From positions 65,405 to 129,404 of IMG/VR virus record IMGVR_UViG_3300005264_000830: a stretch of 64,000 nucleotides of DNA. One strand, 5' to 3'. Below the pieces are notes generated by a model. The model was not told where the DNA came from and did not search any database. It saw only the letters and a program-made list of their open reading frames with translations. Positions 1-12,800 of this stretch are shown piece by piece. This DNA is from a virus. The stretch's first letter is position 1. Every line of letters begins with the position of its first letter. A program made the translations under genes and the position numbers.

Positions 1-1
1 T

Positions 2-3000
2 GTAGATTCTAATAATTTTTGTGGGACAATATCAGAATTTCGTATGTTAATAGGAGAAAGTGATTTAAAGTCGGGGTTCGTTCCTCCAATTGTTGAATAT
101 AGTATAGATACTACTTTAGGTGATAAGACCAACGCTAGATGGGTTAAGATAGATCTTTTGTGTGGTGATGGGAATGATAGAGCTTTACAATATGTGGGAA
201 TTTACCCAGATATAAGGTATCCATTTATACTTTCTGGAGGAAATAATTGTGAATGGATTTCACTAGGCAATAGGTTGTCAGATTATGAAAATATTAGTAG
301 AAATTTAGCCATAAATGCAAGTATTATCGGAGACGATTATATCAAAGAGAATTTTGAAAACGATTTGTCAGATGAGTGGTCAAATTTAATTAATACTACT
401 AGTAATATTAATGTCTCACATACAGACTTTGGTGGTACTCATCCAGACTCATTCTGGGCTAGTTATTATAATAATTTTAATACTTCAGGTTCATTTATAA
501 AACATGAAAACAATAAGCTTAAAGTGTATTTTTCAGATACTGAAAACAATGACTGCGGGTTTAATACCCCATCTTTTATATCAACAGATTGTACTTGTGA
601 AGTTCGTTTTAAACTTTCACATACTTCTAGAGTAGCTAGATTTTGGGTAGGATTAAGGGTCTATGCTGAGAATGGTGATTGGCTTGATGTAAGATTACAT
701 ATTTATGCAGGAATACAGTGGAGAGTAGACTATGGTAACGTAGGAGGAGGCTCTAGTTATTATTCCTATGGGAGTTTTGCTGGTGAATTGATAGGATTGA
801 AACTTAAAAGGGTTAATTCAACAATATATTCCTATTATTTAGACGATAACGGCTGGCATCAAGTACCTACTACAAGAACAGTAGATCATTTTTCAGCACA
901 AGAAATTTATTTCATGTTGTGGTTAAGTAAGGAGCAAGCGTATCCAGAAATTGAAGTTGAAGTAGATTATATAAGAGTAACAGAAGTTATCGATGAGACT
1001 ATTACTACTATTTGGGATACCACTGTGTCTGGTTTTGAAGGTAATGCTTTAAGTTATCATACTCCAGAGTTTATGCTAGATGAGGGTCCTATTTTTAGTC
1101 CTGAAATATTGTCAGCCGGCACACAAATACAATTTTTTGAGTATTATTACTATAATACTGGTGTTGGAGGAGCAGGGTTTTCTATAGAAGATAATGAGGG
1201 TAATGAAATAATAGGAGTCGCTACTACATCTCCAGGTTGGGCAATTAGTAGTGCAAATATTGGGTGGGAGAATGTTAATAGTGCTCCAGTTAGTGGAAAC
1301 TCAGGCTGGTACAGGGTAAAACTTACATTTGATTGGCAAAATGGGCTTTGTGATATTGACTGGGAGGATATATCAGGCGGGTATACTAATACTTATTCTA
1401 AGGAATTGAAGTATAATACCAATGTAAAAAGTTTTCATATAAGATCTACATTTGGTAATGCATGGGGGCTTGATTTTATAAATGTTATATTTGATAAAAT
1501 AACAATTATGCCATTATTGACTCATTTACTAGATTTTGAAAGATCAAATTGTATATCAGGAAATATTGAAGCCACTGGATTAGAGAGTTCTTGGGGCTGG
1601 CCTTCTTCAGAAAAATCTCCTACATTACTTCTAGATTTAGGAGAAATTTATTCTGTAGATAATTTTAAAATATACCATAGACCTGAACCAAGTGATTTTA
1701 GTTCTTACATGAATTATAACTACACAATCTCCAGCGCAACATCTATTTCAGGAACATTTGAAACTTTATTTAATATTACTGGGCATAGTGAATCAGAGTG
1801 GTCCCCATATCAAACCAGTTATGTTTTAGATGAGCCAAAAGATATGCGTATTGTACGGTTAGTTATAACTAGTTATAAAGTGCCTGATAATATACCAGTT
1901 ATACGAAAATATAATAGAGATGGTACTTCTGAATTGATAAAGGTAGATGGTGGGTTTTTAAGAGAATTCGAAGTATGGACCAGTGTTGGACAAGATCCAG
2001 TAAATAGTGAAGATCACCCTATAATTTGTATGGATTTATTAGATCAATTTAATTTAACTAACCATGCATTAGTAGGTCCTCAGGAGGCTAGAAAAGATGC
2101 CGATCGAGACGCTAAATTATGGTCTAATAATAATGATTTTTTTCAATATGCTGATTCTAATACTTTAGACCCGCACCAAGTCGCCTTTTCAGAAACTAAC
2201 GACTACTCGTATCCTTTCCAGTATGTTGAAGAACTTATGATTGATGATGGATCAAATGGTCCATTTTCATTAGGGTCTACAACTTTTTTACCTAGTGGAA
2301 ACTATGTTGTAAAATGGAATGTATTTAATTCTTTAGAGCCTGGAGATATAAGTATAAGTATAATAGGCCATACTATAATTAAAGTTTCTTCAGAGGGAGT
2401 TAGTACTTCTTGGATTCAGCAATCTAGCAATTTTAGATTAGAAACAGCTGGGTATTTTACTGTTCAGTTAGAGGCTAATAGAACAGGTACTGAAAATTGG
2501 GCAGTTAAAGAAATTTACTTCCAATCATATATGACAACTTCTAGATGGGTGGCTTTACGTAGAAATACTGCAACAAATTTTGAATGGACTCAAGGAGCAC
2601 CCTATGATACTTCTTTAGATAATCATGAGGGAGTTGATTATTTGAGTTATTTATCTCTATATTCAGCAGATAAACATCCTCCTACAGAATATAGCCATTG
2701 GTGGACATCTGTTATTAGTACATTAAGTACTGATTCTTTAAATCTAAAGAAATATAAACGTTCTCTGCGAATTGATTACCCAGATTCTTATACGGAAGAT
2801 AACATTAGATTTTTAGAGGGAGACTGTTTTGGCTTAGATAGTTCATTTTCTATTAAAGATGCTTTACATGTATGGTTCTTTATAAATGATGTGAATAAAT
2901 TAGATTTGGATTATGGAGGAATTGCTTTTGGAGTGTTTACTAGCTATGTTAAACCAAATTTACTTTGGGAAACCACCCATAATTCTGCTTCTTATTTTGC

Positions 3001-4111
3001 TCTTCCAGGAGAATTAGAAAAAAAACATGCAGGGTATGTAGATCATAGTGCAACTTCTCCAGGCGTTTATATGTGGTGGTTCAAAGATATGGATTTAAAA
3101 AGCGGATGGAATCAGTTGAAATTACGTTTTGATAAATACAACTCAGTGATTCCATTACCAGAAGAGAATACTGGAAAATTAAGTTCAGCTTTAAATTTTA
3201 GGAATCATTTAATGTCTTCATTCGGCATTGTATGTAGAGGTAAAGGAGAAGCTTTTTATATGTTACTAGATGATCTGAGGATCGAACGCAATTATTATTA
3301 TGATGAGGTAATGTATGGTAATAAAGGGCTATGTTTAACTTGGGAGGATTATGCTGAAATACCGTTAAGTGGGATAGACACTATGAAAGGTACCATCTCT
3401 ATGTGGTTGAAACTATATTCTAGTACTGCCGGTATAGACCATTTTAATGATTTGGCATCACGAACTCTATTTACTTTAATTGACACAGGGAATACTAGTA
3501 TATCTCTAAGTATACGATCCGGAAGTTGGTTTGAAATAGGGGTTGGTAATACTAAATCAGGGTATGTACCATTACACATTGATACAACTAAGGTAGCTGT
3601 AGGGGAGGCTGCCTTTAACATAGATGAAAAAGTACACTTAGCTTTAACTTGGAGTAAAGACTCTTCTGGGTTCGATAATAAAGACACAATACGATTATAT
3701 GTTAATGGAGAATTATATTTTAGAAGCAGCATATCTTGGGAACAAGGAGATAGTAAAAATGTATTACTAAGATTGGGGGGAGGAAATACATATTTAGCTA
3801 ATAATGATGATACTGATGGTAGTGCCATCTTTAGTGACGTAAAATTTTATAATTATTGTAAAACCGAGTTCAATATTAATGAATTATCTCCAGAGAAAGA
3901 ATTAAGTACAGTAGTTCCAAATGATCTTGTACAATTATCGATGAATAATGAAACCTTCTATAGTAGTAGAGACCAAGAATTACCTTTTGAGTTTAAAGAA
4001 GTAAATCCAGGAGAAATAATTCCTGTTTATGTGAGAGTAGATAAGAGTAATATGGATAAATTAGATAAAGTAACAGGATCAATAACTGTAGAATGGAAGG
4101 TACCTGTTTAA
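2..4111 (+). CDS. Large virion structural protein with beta-sandwich modules and a C-terminal LamG/concanavalin-like domain; 5' partial
   Basis: Frame is open from base 2 (VDSNNFCGTISEFR) into the listed Met at 44, so the gene starts before the window. C-terminal GTISMWLK...HLALTW...IRLYVNG...FSDVKFYN is LamG-like; LLLDLGEIYSVDNFKIY is discoidin-like. Confidence 0.7.
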   Translation, partial: VDSNNFCGTISEFRMLIGESDLKSGFVPPIVEYSIDTTLGDKTNARWVKIDLLCGDGNDRALQYVGIYPDIRYPFILSGGNNCEWISLGNRLSDYENISRNLAINASIIGDDYIKENFENDLSDEWSNLINTTSNINVSHTDFGGTHPDSFWASYYNNFNTSGSFIKHENNKLKVYFSDTENNDCGFNTPSFISTDCTCEVRFKLSHTSRVARFWVGLRVYAENGDWLDVRLHIYAGIQWRVDYGNVGGGSSYYSYGSFAGELIGLKLKRVNSTIYSYYLDDNGWHQVPTTRTVDHFSAQEIYFMLWLSKEQAYPEIEVEVDYIRVTEVIDETITTIWDTTVSGFEGNALSYHTPEFMLDEGPIFSPEILSAGTQIQFFEYYYYNTGVGGAGFSIEDNEGNEIIGVATTSPGWAISSANIGWENVNSAPVSGNSGWYRVKLTFDWQNGLCDIDWEDISGGYTNTYSKELKYNTNVKSFHIRSTFGNAWGLDFINVIFDKITIMPLLTHLLDFERSNCISGNIEATGLESSWGWPSSEKSPTLLLDLGEIYSVDNFKIYHRPEPSDFSSYMNYNYTISSATSISGTFETLFNITGHSESEWSPYQTSYVLDEPKDMRIVRLVITSYKVPDNIPVIRKYNRDGTSELIKVDGGFLREFEVWTSVGQDPVNSEDHPIICMDLLDQFNLTNHALVGPQEARKDADRDAKLWSNNNDFFQYADSNTLDPHQVAFSETNDYSYPFQYVEELMIDDGSNGPFSLGSTTFLPSGNYVVKWNVFNSLEPGDISISIIGHTIIKVSSEGVSTSWIQQSSNFRLETAGYFTVQLEANRTGTENWAVKEIYFQSYMTTSRWVALRRNTATNFEWTQGAPYDTSLDNHEGVDYLSYLSLYSADKHPPTEYSHWWTSVISTLSTDSLNLKKYKRSLRIDYPDSYTEDNIRFLEGDCFGLDSSFSIKDALHVWFFINDVNKLDLDYGGIAFGVFTSYVKPNLLWETTHNSASYFALPGELEKKHAGYVDHSATSPGVYMWWFKDMDLKSGWNQLKLRFDKYNSVIPLPEENTGKLSSALNFRNHLMSSFGIVCRGKGEAFYMLLDDLRIERNYYYDEVMYGNKGLCLTWEDYAEIPLSGIDTMKGTISMWLKLYSSTAGIDHFNDLASRTLFTLIDTGNTSISLSIRSGSWFEIGVGNTKSGYVPLHIDTTKVAVGEAAFNIDEKVHLALTWSKDSSGFDNKDTIRLYVNGELYFRSSISWEQGDSKNVLLRLGGGNTYLANNDDTDGSAIFSDVKFYNYCKTEFNINELSPEKELSTVVPNDLVQLSMNNETFYSSRDQELPFEFKEVNPGEIIPVYVRVDKSNMDKLDKVTGSITVEWKVPV

Positions 4112-4120
4112 GGAGAATAA

Positions 4121-6805
4121 ATGGCTCAATATAATTTAATAGACATTGGAACAATAGGTAGTAGTACTGTATCTGGCACCGGGAATAAAGCCCTATCTGT
4201 AGATGAATTACGGTTATTGTATGATAATAATACTACTACGTCTGGTATAGTTTTAGGACCATCTGATGTATTATACCTGGATATTGATATTGGTTATAGA
4301 ATAAAAATGGACGACATTAAATTATTTATATCTGTTTCAGGAGATAGAGAGGTTGCTCTTACTAATGTAGATTTTTATTATAAAAATGATGAATTAGATT
4401 CGTTTACACTGTGTGCTAAGGAACAAGATAGCACTACTTTTTACCCAATAGATACTCCAGATCTATTTGCTCCTAGATATTTTAGAGTGGTAATTAATAA
4501 TATTCAGGCAGATATCTATGAACTACAGTTAATGAATGATGATACCCAAGTATCTTTTGGCACAAGTGGGAATGATACTTTAGTTTTAGTGGATCAATTA
4601 AATGGGGGTTATACTTCGCTAGGTATATTTAATAATAGTGATATTGATACCGATCCAGTAACAGCTTATGTAATAGTAGATTACCAGAGGAACGCCTCTG
4701 ATTTTTATATAAAATTGGCTAGCTCTTTTGATGGGGAGTACTATGGTTTAAATGATGGTTTAATTCTTCAAGATAATGATTTAACTTCAATTGTAAGATG
4801 GAATAATGGTATATTTAATAACACAATGGTATACCCTGAAAATGAGAGTATTATTACTACCAACTATGAAATAGGGTATTATACTACTCCAATATTTTCT
4901 ATAGGGGACGTATTTGAAGCTACTTTTTTATTGTCTGATGTAACTACTATAAGTGGGTCTTCCATAACTTGGGATGAAGCTGCTCCTAGTGGCACAATAA
5001 AAGTTAGAAGCAGTAATACTTCTCCATTATCGTTTACTAAGTTATTTTGGCTGCATAAACGAAGCGATAATCGGATAGTGATACTTGAAGGAGATATGAC
5101 AACTGGCAATAAAATTGATACAAAAAAAGACTGTTTCGATGGGTCAACTCGTTACACCCCAAAGCGTGTCATATTTGATCGAGAGAGGGCTCATTATATT
5201 GTTTTATGTAAATATCAGTATAGTAGTACTTTGGAATGGAGATTACGAAAGTATGATTATAATACTGGAACAAATTTGTATAGTTCCACTAGTTCTACAT
5301 TTAATGATATAAGTACAAATATGGATGTTGATAAGCAAGGTAATGTGTGGGGAAGTGCTACTGGTAATAGATATTCTTTAGTGTGTTTTAACTATACTCT
5401 TGCCACTAGAACAACAATAAGGACAGAGGATTTAGCTTTTGTAACCGATTTATCTGCAAATAAAATCAGCTCTAGTTGTTGGTATACTGATAATGAAAAA
5501 AGTCAAGTATCTCATGTAGCTTCTGATGGTTCAGTTATGACTTCATTTAGTATGGCAAGCCCTACTTATATATGTTCAATATTAGATGGAGGTTGTTTTG
5601 TTGTGAACGCATCAGAAGCCGTTATAGTTAGATTTGATATTAATGGAGATCAGCTAAGTTATTTTCATTTTGATGCAGAAAAAACAATTAATGCTATTAG
5701 TTATGGCTTTAATAGTGCTAACGTTTTATTTAATATTGAAAGACTATGGTTAATTATTAACGCTTCATATGTAGTTCAATTGGATTTTTCAGGAAGAGAA
5801 ATAACTGAGACTATAGTACCATCTCCTACTGGAATTGAAGCCTTTCCAGGGGGATGTTTAGTGTATTCTTCTTATAATCATATAACTTATCAATTAGATA
5901 CCAATGGGGAGATAGTAAGAATATGGAATTTTAGTTCGTATCCTACTAAGGGTGGTATGCCTTTTCCAGTTATAATTGATTATAACGAGTTTTTAACTAT
6001 GGAAGAGATTGGTAATATTTTACCTGTTTCACACGATCCGTATTGGGGCACAGATTTAAATTGGGTAGAAGTTGTAAGATCTGGGTATAAGTTACCTCAT
6101 AAGAAGTACCACCAAGCTATGTTTAAAATTTTTCCTCAAATGTGTAAATTACCTCTAATTAATCCAGACGCAGAGACTGGAGATATTACAGGGTGGGATA
6201 AGAATTACTCTCGCTATGGGGATGATGATTTTAAAGCAGTAACCTCACCAATATGGGAAGGACAATATGTTTTTTCTATGATCCCTTTATCGACTATTTT
6301 TAATTACTACGTTTATCAAAAGATAGATATACAGTCAATAGATATAGATTATGAAGAACAAGAACGAGAGAAACTTGAATTTTATTTTAGATATGTTATG
6401 AAGGCGAGTAATACATACCAAAATTATTTAATTATAAAAGTAGTGCAACAAAATCAAGGTTATGATGATATTAAGACTACTACTTCTGCTGAACATAGTC
6501 ATACAAATTGGCAAACACATTATTTAAAAGATACTATATTATCAGAAACTAAGTATATTGAAATTAGGTTAGGTGGAAATCATTATTATAACAATAATTT
6601 TATTTATTTGGATGCAATGGAGATATATATATTTCGTTCTCCTACTTTAAATAGAGTAGTTATTCCAAAACCTATAAAAATTACAGAGTTACGACCACAA
6701 GAATATAAAAATATCTATATAAAAACAGAATTTCCAGAAGAAGCTGCTTATACAGAATATGAAACAAGATTAAGATGTTGGTGGGGAAATGAGGAGGAAA
6801 ATTAA
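4121..6805 (+). CDS. Virion structural protein with beta-propeller-like middle and a galactose-binding-like (NP.AETGD.TGW) domain
   Basis: 894-aa ORF; SD AGGAG upstream; VDKQGNVW and CWYTD propeller-like blades; LINPDAETGDITGW motif shared with 27467..28897. Confidence 0.6.
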   Translation: MAQYNLIDIGTIGSSTVSGTGNKALSVDELRLLYDNNTTTSGIVLGPSDVLYLDIDIGYRIKMDDIKLFISVSGDREVALTNVDFYYKNDELDSFTLCAKEQDSTTFYPIDTPDLFAPRYFRVVINNIQADIYELQLMNDDTQVSFGTSGNDTLVLVDQLNGGYTSLGIFNNSDIDTDPVTAYVIVDYQRNASDFYIKLASSFDGEYYGLNDGLILQDNDLTSIVRWNNGIFNNTMVYPENESIITTNYEIGYYTTPIFSIGDVFEATFLLSDVTTISGSSITWDEAAPSGTIKVRSSNTSPLSFTKLFWLHKRSDNRIVILEGDMTTGNKIDTKKDCFDGSTRYTPKRVIFDRERAHYIVLCKYQYSSTLEWRLRKYDYNTGTNLYSSTSSTFNDISTNMDVDKQGNVWGSATGNRYSLVCFNYTLATRTTIRTEDLAFVTDLSANKISSSCWYTDNEKSQVSHVASDGSVMTSFSMASPTYICSILDGGCFVVNASEAVIVRFDINGDQLSYFHFDAEKTINAISYGFNSANVLFNIERLWLIINASYVVQLDFSGREITETIVPSPTGIEAFPGGCLVYSSYNHITYQLDTNGEIVRIWNFSSYPTKGGMPFPVIIDYNEFLTMEEIGNILPVSHDPYWGTDLNWVEVVRSGYKLPHKKYHQAMFKIFPQMCKLPLINPDAETGDITGWDKNYSRYGDDDFKAVTSPIWEGQYVFSMIPLSTIFNYYVYQKIDIQSIDIDYEEQEREKLEFYFRYVMKASNTYQNYLIIKVVQQNQGYDDIKTTTSAEHSHTNWQTHYLKDTILSETKYIEIRLGGNHYYNNNFIYLDAMEIYIFRSPTLNRVVIPKPIKITELRPQEYKNIYIKTEFPEEAAYTEYETRLRCWWGNEEEN

Positions 6806-9800
6806 TGGAAGCAACTTATATAAGTACTAATTCATTTAGTATTACAGGACAAAAAACAGAAGAATTTTTACCTAATAGAAGATTGAGATTAGATTGTGGA
6901 GTAGACGGTATAAAATATGCCTCCATTATATCTGCGGTATTCACTTCTGTAACTATTGTAGTAATAGATGAAAATATACTTACTTCTAATCTTACTGACG
7001 TACTATATAGTGTAGTTAAAACAGGTACACAAGGTAATTTAGCTGATCATTTTCATTCTAGTACTGAAGGTGATGGTGGGTATATAGCCCCTCCTACATT
7101 TGAATTTACTGGACTGACAGACACGCCTACTACATACTCCGGCACTGAAGGATTGTATGCTCAATCTACTGGTTCTGGGATTATTTGGACAGAAGTAACA
7201 ACTTCTGGCGGAGAAGGAGGTTCGTCTGATGTACAAACCTTCTTAGATTTAACAGATACACCTACGAGTTATCCGGCTGATGGTGATTACATAAGTATTT
7301 TAGTTGACGGTAGTAATCTTACAGAACCAATATCTAACTATCCATTAACTTTAAAGTTATCTGATTCAGCAGGAACAAATTCAAAAGATCTTACAGCATT
7401 TTTTAACGAACTAACTGTGAGTCCTGATGATGCCTTTATTGGAGAAGATGGTGATTTACCTAATTCTGACTTATGGAATTTAGAATATCTACAAGATAAT
7501 GCTATAATACAAGATAATAGATTAAGAGTAAGTAGTTCTTATAATACTCCAATTCCTTCTATGTATCAAATTTCTGGAGATTTTGATATCCAGATAGATT
7601 TGATCATGATTGTGTTACCTTCCACAGCTGCTTGGACAATGGGATTTTATGTTGAATGGGAAGGTAGTACTACTGATTTAGTTCGAATGTCAAGACGTTA
7701 TGACGTAGCTGTAAATCAATGTTATCAAGCAGATCGAAGAATTTCAGGCACTTGGACATCAATATCAGATGTAGCTACTTCAGACACGAATCTTAGCTTA
7801 AGAATTACTCGGTCAGGCACTACTTTTACGTGCTATTATTGGAATGGTTCATGGGTATCAATGGGAACATACAACGGTGTAGCAGATGATGTTCGTGTTG
7901 TGTTGGATCATGGCCCCTGGAGTACACCACCTGCTATTACCGGAGATTTTGATAATTTTAAGATAAATTCAGGAACAGTTGTTTGGCCTAATGGGTATCC
8001 TACTAATAAAAGATTTTCAATACAAGATACAAACGGAAATCAATGCTATACTGCTGTAGAAAAATGGGACATAGATAATAAAGAAGTTGTGTTACATACT
8101 AAAGTCCCCCTAATTTCTACAAATACTACAGAGTACAGATTGTTTTATGACGCATCTATGGAAGATAATATAATATATGTTAGTGATAGTCATGAGCACT
8201 TAGACAAAGGATTTACAGGGGAAACTTTTACATATCCAGACGGCCATATAATGGATAAGCATTCATGGTACACTAACTATGATTTATTTGCAACAGATGA
8301 TCTGAGTAATGTACTTACTAATATACAAGATAATAAATTACAAATTGATATTACTGTTGCTGCAACTTCACGCGGTAATTTAATCACTAAAGGTAAATTG
8401 TCCGGAGATTTTGATATTCAAATTGATTGGGAAATGGTCGGCAGTGAAGAATTAGCTATGTACTTATGGAAAGATTTAACTAGTCTAGATGATAGATGTT
8501 ATATAGGAATAAATCCTGCTAATGAAGATATACGAACTAGATCTAAAATCGGTACTACCTGGGATACTGAAGTTAATGTTTCTCGTACAAATGACTTTGG
8601 AAGATTTCGAGTTCAACGTGTAGGATCAGCTATGACTTGGCAATATCAAGATGGAGAGCAGAGTTGGCAAACACTTGGTACCAGTACCTGGATTTCAGAT
8701 GATTGTCATATAGTTTTATATGGTAAATGTACTAATATTACACTTACTACACTAATATTTGATAATTTGATATTAAACTCAGGGTCTTTAATAGAGCCAG
8801 GGGCATATACAAGAGTCTGGGATGATCATTTTACTGCTGTGTATGATTTAAATCAAGTACCTGTAGTGGATCAAGCAACAATATTAGATGCTACCACTAA
8901 TTTTCAACATGCAATAGCTCGCGGCACTTTGAATTCATCTAATCTTGTAGATAGTTTTTTAACCACAGGAATACAATTTGATATAGACGATGATTCGATA
9001 CATATTCCAGATGGGGTGTTTAGTAATTTAAGCCATACTACTGAAATTTTTGCCAAATTTGAAACAGGCTTTGCTGATGGAAACATATTATGTAAAGGCG
9101 GAAGTGGAGAATCTGTACCAACAAACATTTATAGATGGAATTGGAAAACATACGGTTTAGGTTATTATTATGAATATGACAATGGGACTAATAGTACTGA
9201 GCATGTAACCACCTTACCTATTAATCCTAGAGATTTAGAGTATCATACATTTTCAACTATTCAAGGCACAGACTGTTATAAAGCTGGTATAGATAATTAT
9301 GTAAGTCAATGGGCAACTGGTGTAGGTAACACAGATTCTACCGCCGGGACTGCTTTAGGCCCTTGTTATAATGATAATAATGGTGTACGTACATATTCTA
9401 ATTGGCATGGAGTAGTAGAGTTAGTTAGAATTTCCGATATTATAAGATCAGACTCTTGGGTTAAAGCGACCAACTTAGCCATACGCGATGAATTTGTGAG
9501 TTTTGAATTTGGAACGGTTTCTAAGTATTTAGCACCTTCAAGTACAGCTAATAAATTAGAGTTTAAAGATTTCTCTGTACTAAAAGATACTAATTTTACT
9601 GACTTATTAGACACACCAGAGTCCTATATAAATAATGAAGGAAAGCTATTACAAACAACTACTTCTGGGATTGAATTTGTGCCTAGAAATAAGATATTAA
9701 GTCAAATCTCTACTGTTACATCTACAGGTACTTTGACTCCAGGAGATTACTACACATTTAGGATAGATGATACTTCGTATAATTATTATATTAGTTCTCA

Positions 9801-12800
9801 AGATAATTTTTTATCTATGAGAGATAATGTTTGGGTAATAAACACATTATCAGATCTTAAAGTAATGACCGAAACACACCCAGGAGTGGAGTTCAAGATT
9901 ACAGATGCTTATATTACTGGCGATACTTATAACTATATGGTAAATAAAATATGGCTGACAGGCGATTACTCTGTAACTGTATATGGTGAAGTTATTAATA
10001 CTAACTATAATGGAAGTGGGCTAGAGATAAAAATTGATGATTCCTCGCAAGCAATACAAGGATACATGAAAGCAGGATATGACTATGGTGATAAGTTTAT
10101 ATCTAATATTGGAGGCTTATCTACTGCTGCCCGCAGCGATGATAGTTTTGCTATTAGAATGATAAGGACAGGAACTTCATTAACATCTCACTATAGTGAT
10201 GGGCAAACAGGAGCGTATACTTTATTACGTACAGGAACTGTTGATACTGGAGTACATAGTGTGACATTAGGCCTCTGGTGTTCTGGTTCAATATCGAGTG
10301 ATCAAATAGTACGAGTAGATGAAGTGATTATAGACTACGCTGGAGGGTATGAATTAAATGAGGCTTTTTCAATGCCCACTATTTCTGGGATGATGTCTGA
10401 GTTATCTTCGGATGTTACTTATTATAATAGTCTATCTACTTTTAATGATTCTATTAGTTTAACAATTAGCGGAGCTTCTACGTTCGATGTTACTAATTTA
10501 GAAGCAACAAATAATTTTAATTTGAACACTAAGTATCAATATTTAGGAAGTATTGAGAACTTCCCAGATATACCTAATGACCCAGAACCTTGTGAGGTGC
10601 TAAGACGTAACGAACAAGGTACAGCATATGAATGGGCAGATGTTATATTACCAGAAGGTAGACAACAAATTATATTTGATAGTCAAGCTTATGGAGATTA
10701 TTCATTACAGATAAACAATGATGTTTTTAACAATAGAGGGTTATCTATAGATCCACTTTATTCATTCTCAGTTAGGAATGGTTTATTTTTGGAAGACAGG
10801 GATAGATTGACCATAATAAATGGAGGCACTGGCACAGAATTAATTACAGGACAGGTTAATTCTTTTGCTAAGAAGTGGGATAATACTGGAAGCTCTTATA
10901 CTCAAATTAATGGTATGAAGGCTGATATATTTGCTTCTAATGCTTCGTTAAGTTTTTGGTACTATGTAGATTTTGTAGCTAACTGGTTACCTTTTATAGG
11001 TAAATCAGATGCGTCTAATTCTGAGTGGCGTTGTTGGTTAGGTAATGATGAAAATTTTGATCTCTTTGGTTCAGTTCCTGCTGTTTGGGATCTAACTTCT
11101 TTATCTTTATCAACTAATTGGCATCACTTTGTAATAACATACAATGGAATTAATGCAGAACTATTCGTTGATGATACCTCTCAAGGAACTAGGGCTTTTA
11201 CTGCGGGCTCTTCTACAGATAAAATTTTTTATATAAATAGGGACGGATCTGGCGCCAACTATGCTGATGGTGCAGTAGAGTCTATAAAAATATTCGAAGA
11301 TATTTTAACTGCCGCTGATATAACTAAATTGTATAATGAAATTCCAGTATCAAATTACATGAGTTTAATTTCTTCAGATATTAATACTCATATTAAATAT
11401 ACAGCAGAAATTGCTGATGGAAAAATATATGCTCGTACTATGTATCCAATTGATGTAAGTGTTACTACTGGTGCTGGATTAAACTATGAAATGCCGTTGA
11501 GAGAGATTTCTATCGAGTCTTTAACTAACACTAGTTCTCCTGAGCCTGGACAATTTGTTCGAAAAGATTACACAGGTACTGCTTATGAGTGGGTAAGTGG
11601 ACAGATAGCTGATGGCAGACAACAAACTGTATTTTCACTTCCTGATACTATTAGTGGTACAGAGATATCTATAGAATTAGATGGTACTACATTTTCAGGA
11701 ACATTTGGTAAGCTACCTGATATAGATCCAATACAAGAATTTTTATTTGAAGGAGTAGGGACTGAAGATACATCAGCTTATAGCAACAACTTAACTTTGT
11801 CTTCTGCCAGTATTACTACCGGTAAATTTTCTTCTTCTAATGCTATTTCGTTCACAACAAATGGAGAGGCTAATGCCAGTATAGATCTTTCAGGCGACCA
11901 GTCTCATTCTGTTTCTGCATTTTTATATATACCTAGCACATTACCTGATACAAGAGATGGTGTTATGATGTTAGGTCCACAAACTACTGGTGGGCTTCAT
12001 TGGCTTTTACAGGCTTCAGGCAGTTTACAAATTGGAAGATATAATGGGGAAAGTGTTAGTGTAGATGTGTCCTCGTATACAGGGCAATGGGTACATATAG
12101 TTTCAGTTTATGATAAAGACGCTGAAACGTTAACATCATATCTTAATGGTAATTTTGTAAGTTCCGTTAATATGTCTTCTTTTTCTTTAAATGGCAGTAC
12201 TATATTGGGTGAAGGTGTTCAAGCTGAACCTAGTTTTGGTGGTAAAATAGATCAATTTAGAGTGTATAATTTTCCATTATCCACAAATCAAATAGCTATT
12301 TTGGCTCATGAGCATACTGACTATAATACAGATTATAAGATTCTTTCTCATTTGGCAACACAGATCCAAGCACATGCCGATTATACTGCTGAAGTTGTTG
12401 ACGATAAGCTATACGTCAAAGGTGTTCAGAGTAATACATATACTGTTGATACTACTAAAATAAACTATGAGATAATTCCTAGAGAAATTTCTTTAGAAAT
12501 TATGACAGGCACAGAAGCCCCAGGCCCAAATCAAATTTTACACAGAAATTCCACTAATACTGGGTATGAATGGAAGGATATTCCAGACGTACAAGTACCA
12601 GTTATAAAAGAGCTGTTTGATTCATTTGACACAGATATCTGGGAATTAGTAGGGGATGCTAGTTATGATGCCACAAATGATTTGGTTATACTAGTTCCTA
12701 ATGCGTATAGTAGTGCTGGTCAGTTGCTATATAAACCTGGAATAACTGCAGATAATTTCACTATTGTGACAAACTGTGAAGCAAGTGGCGGAACTGCAGA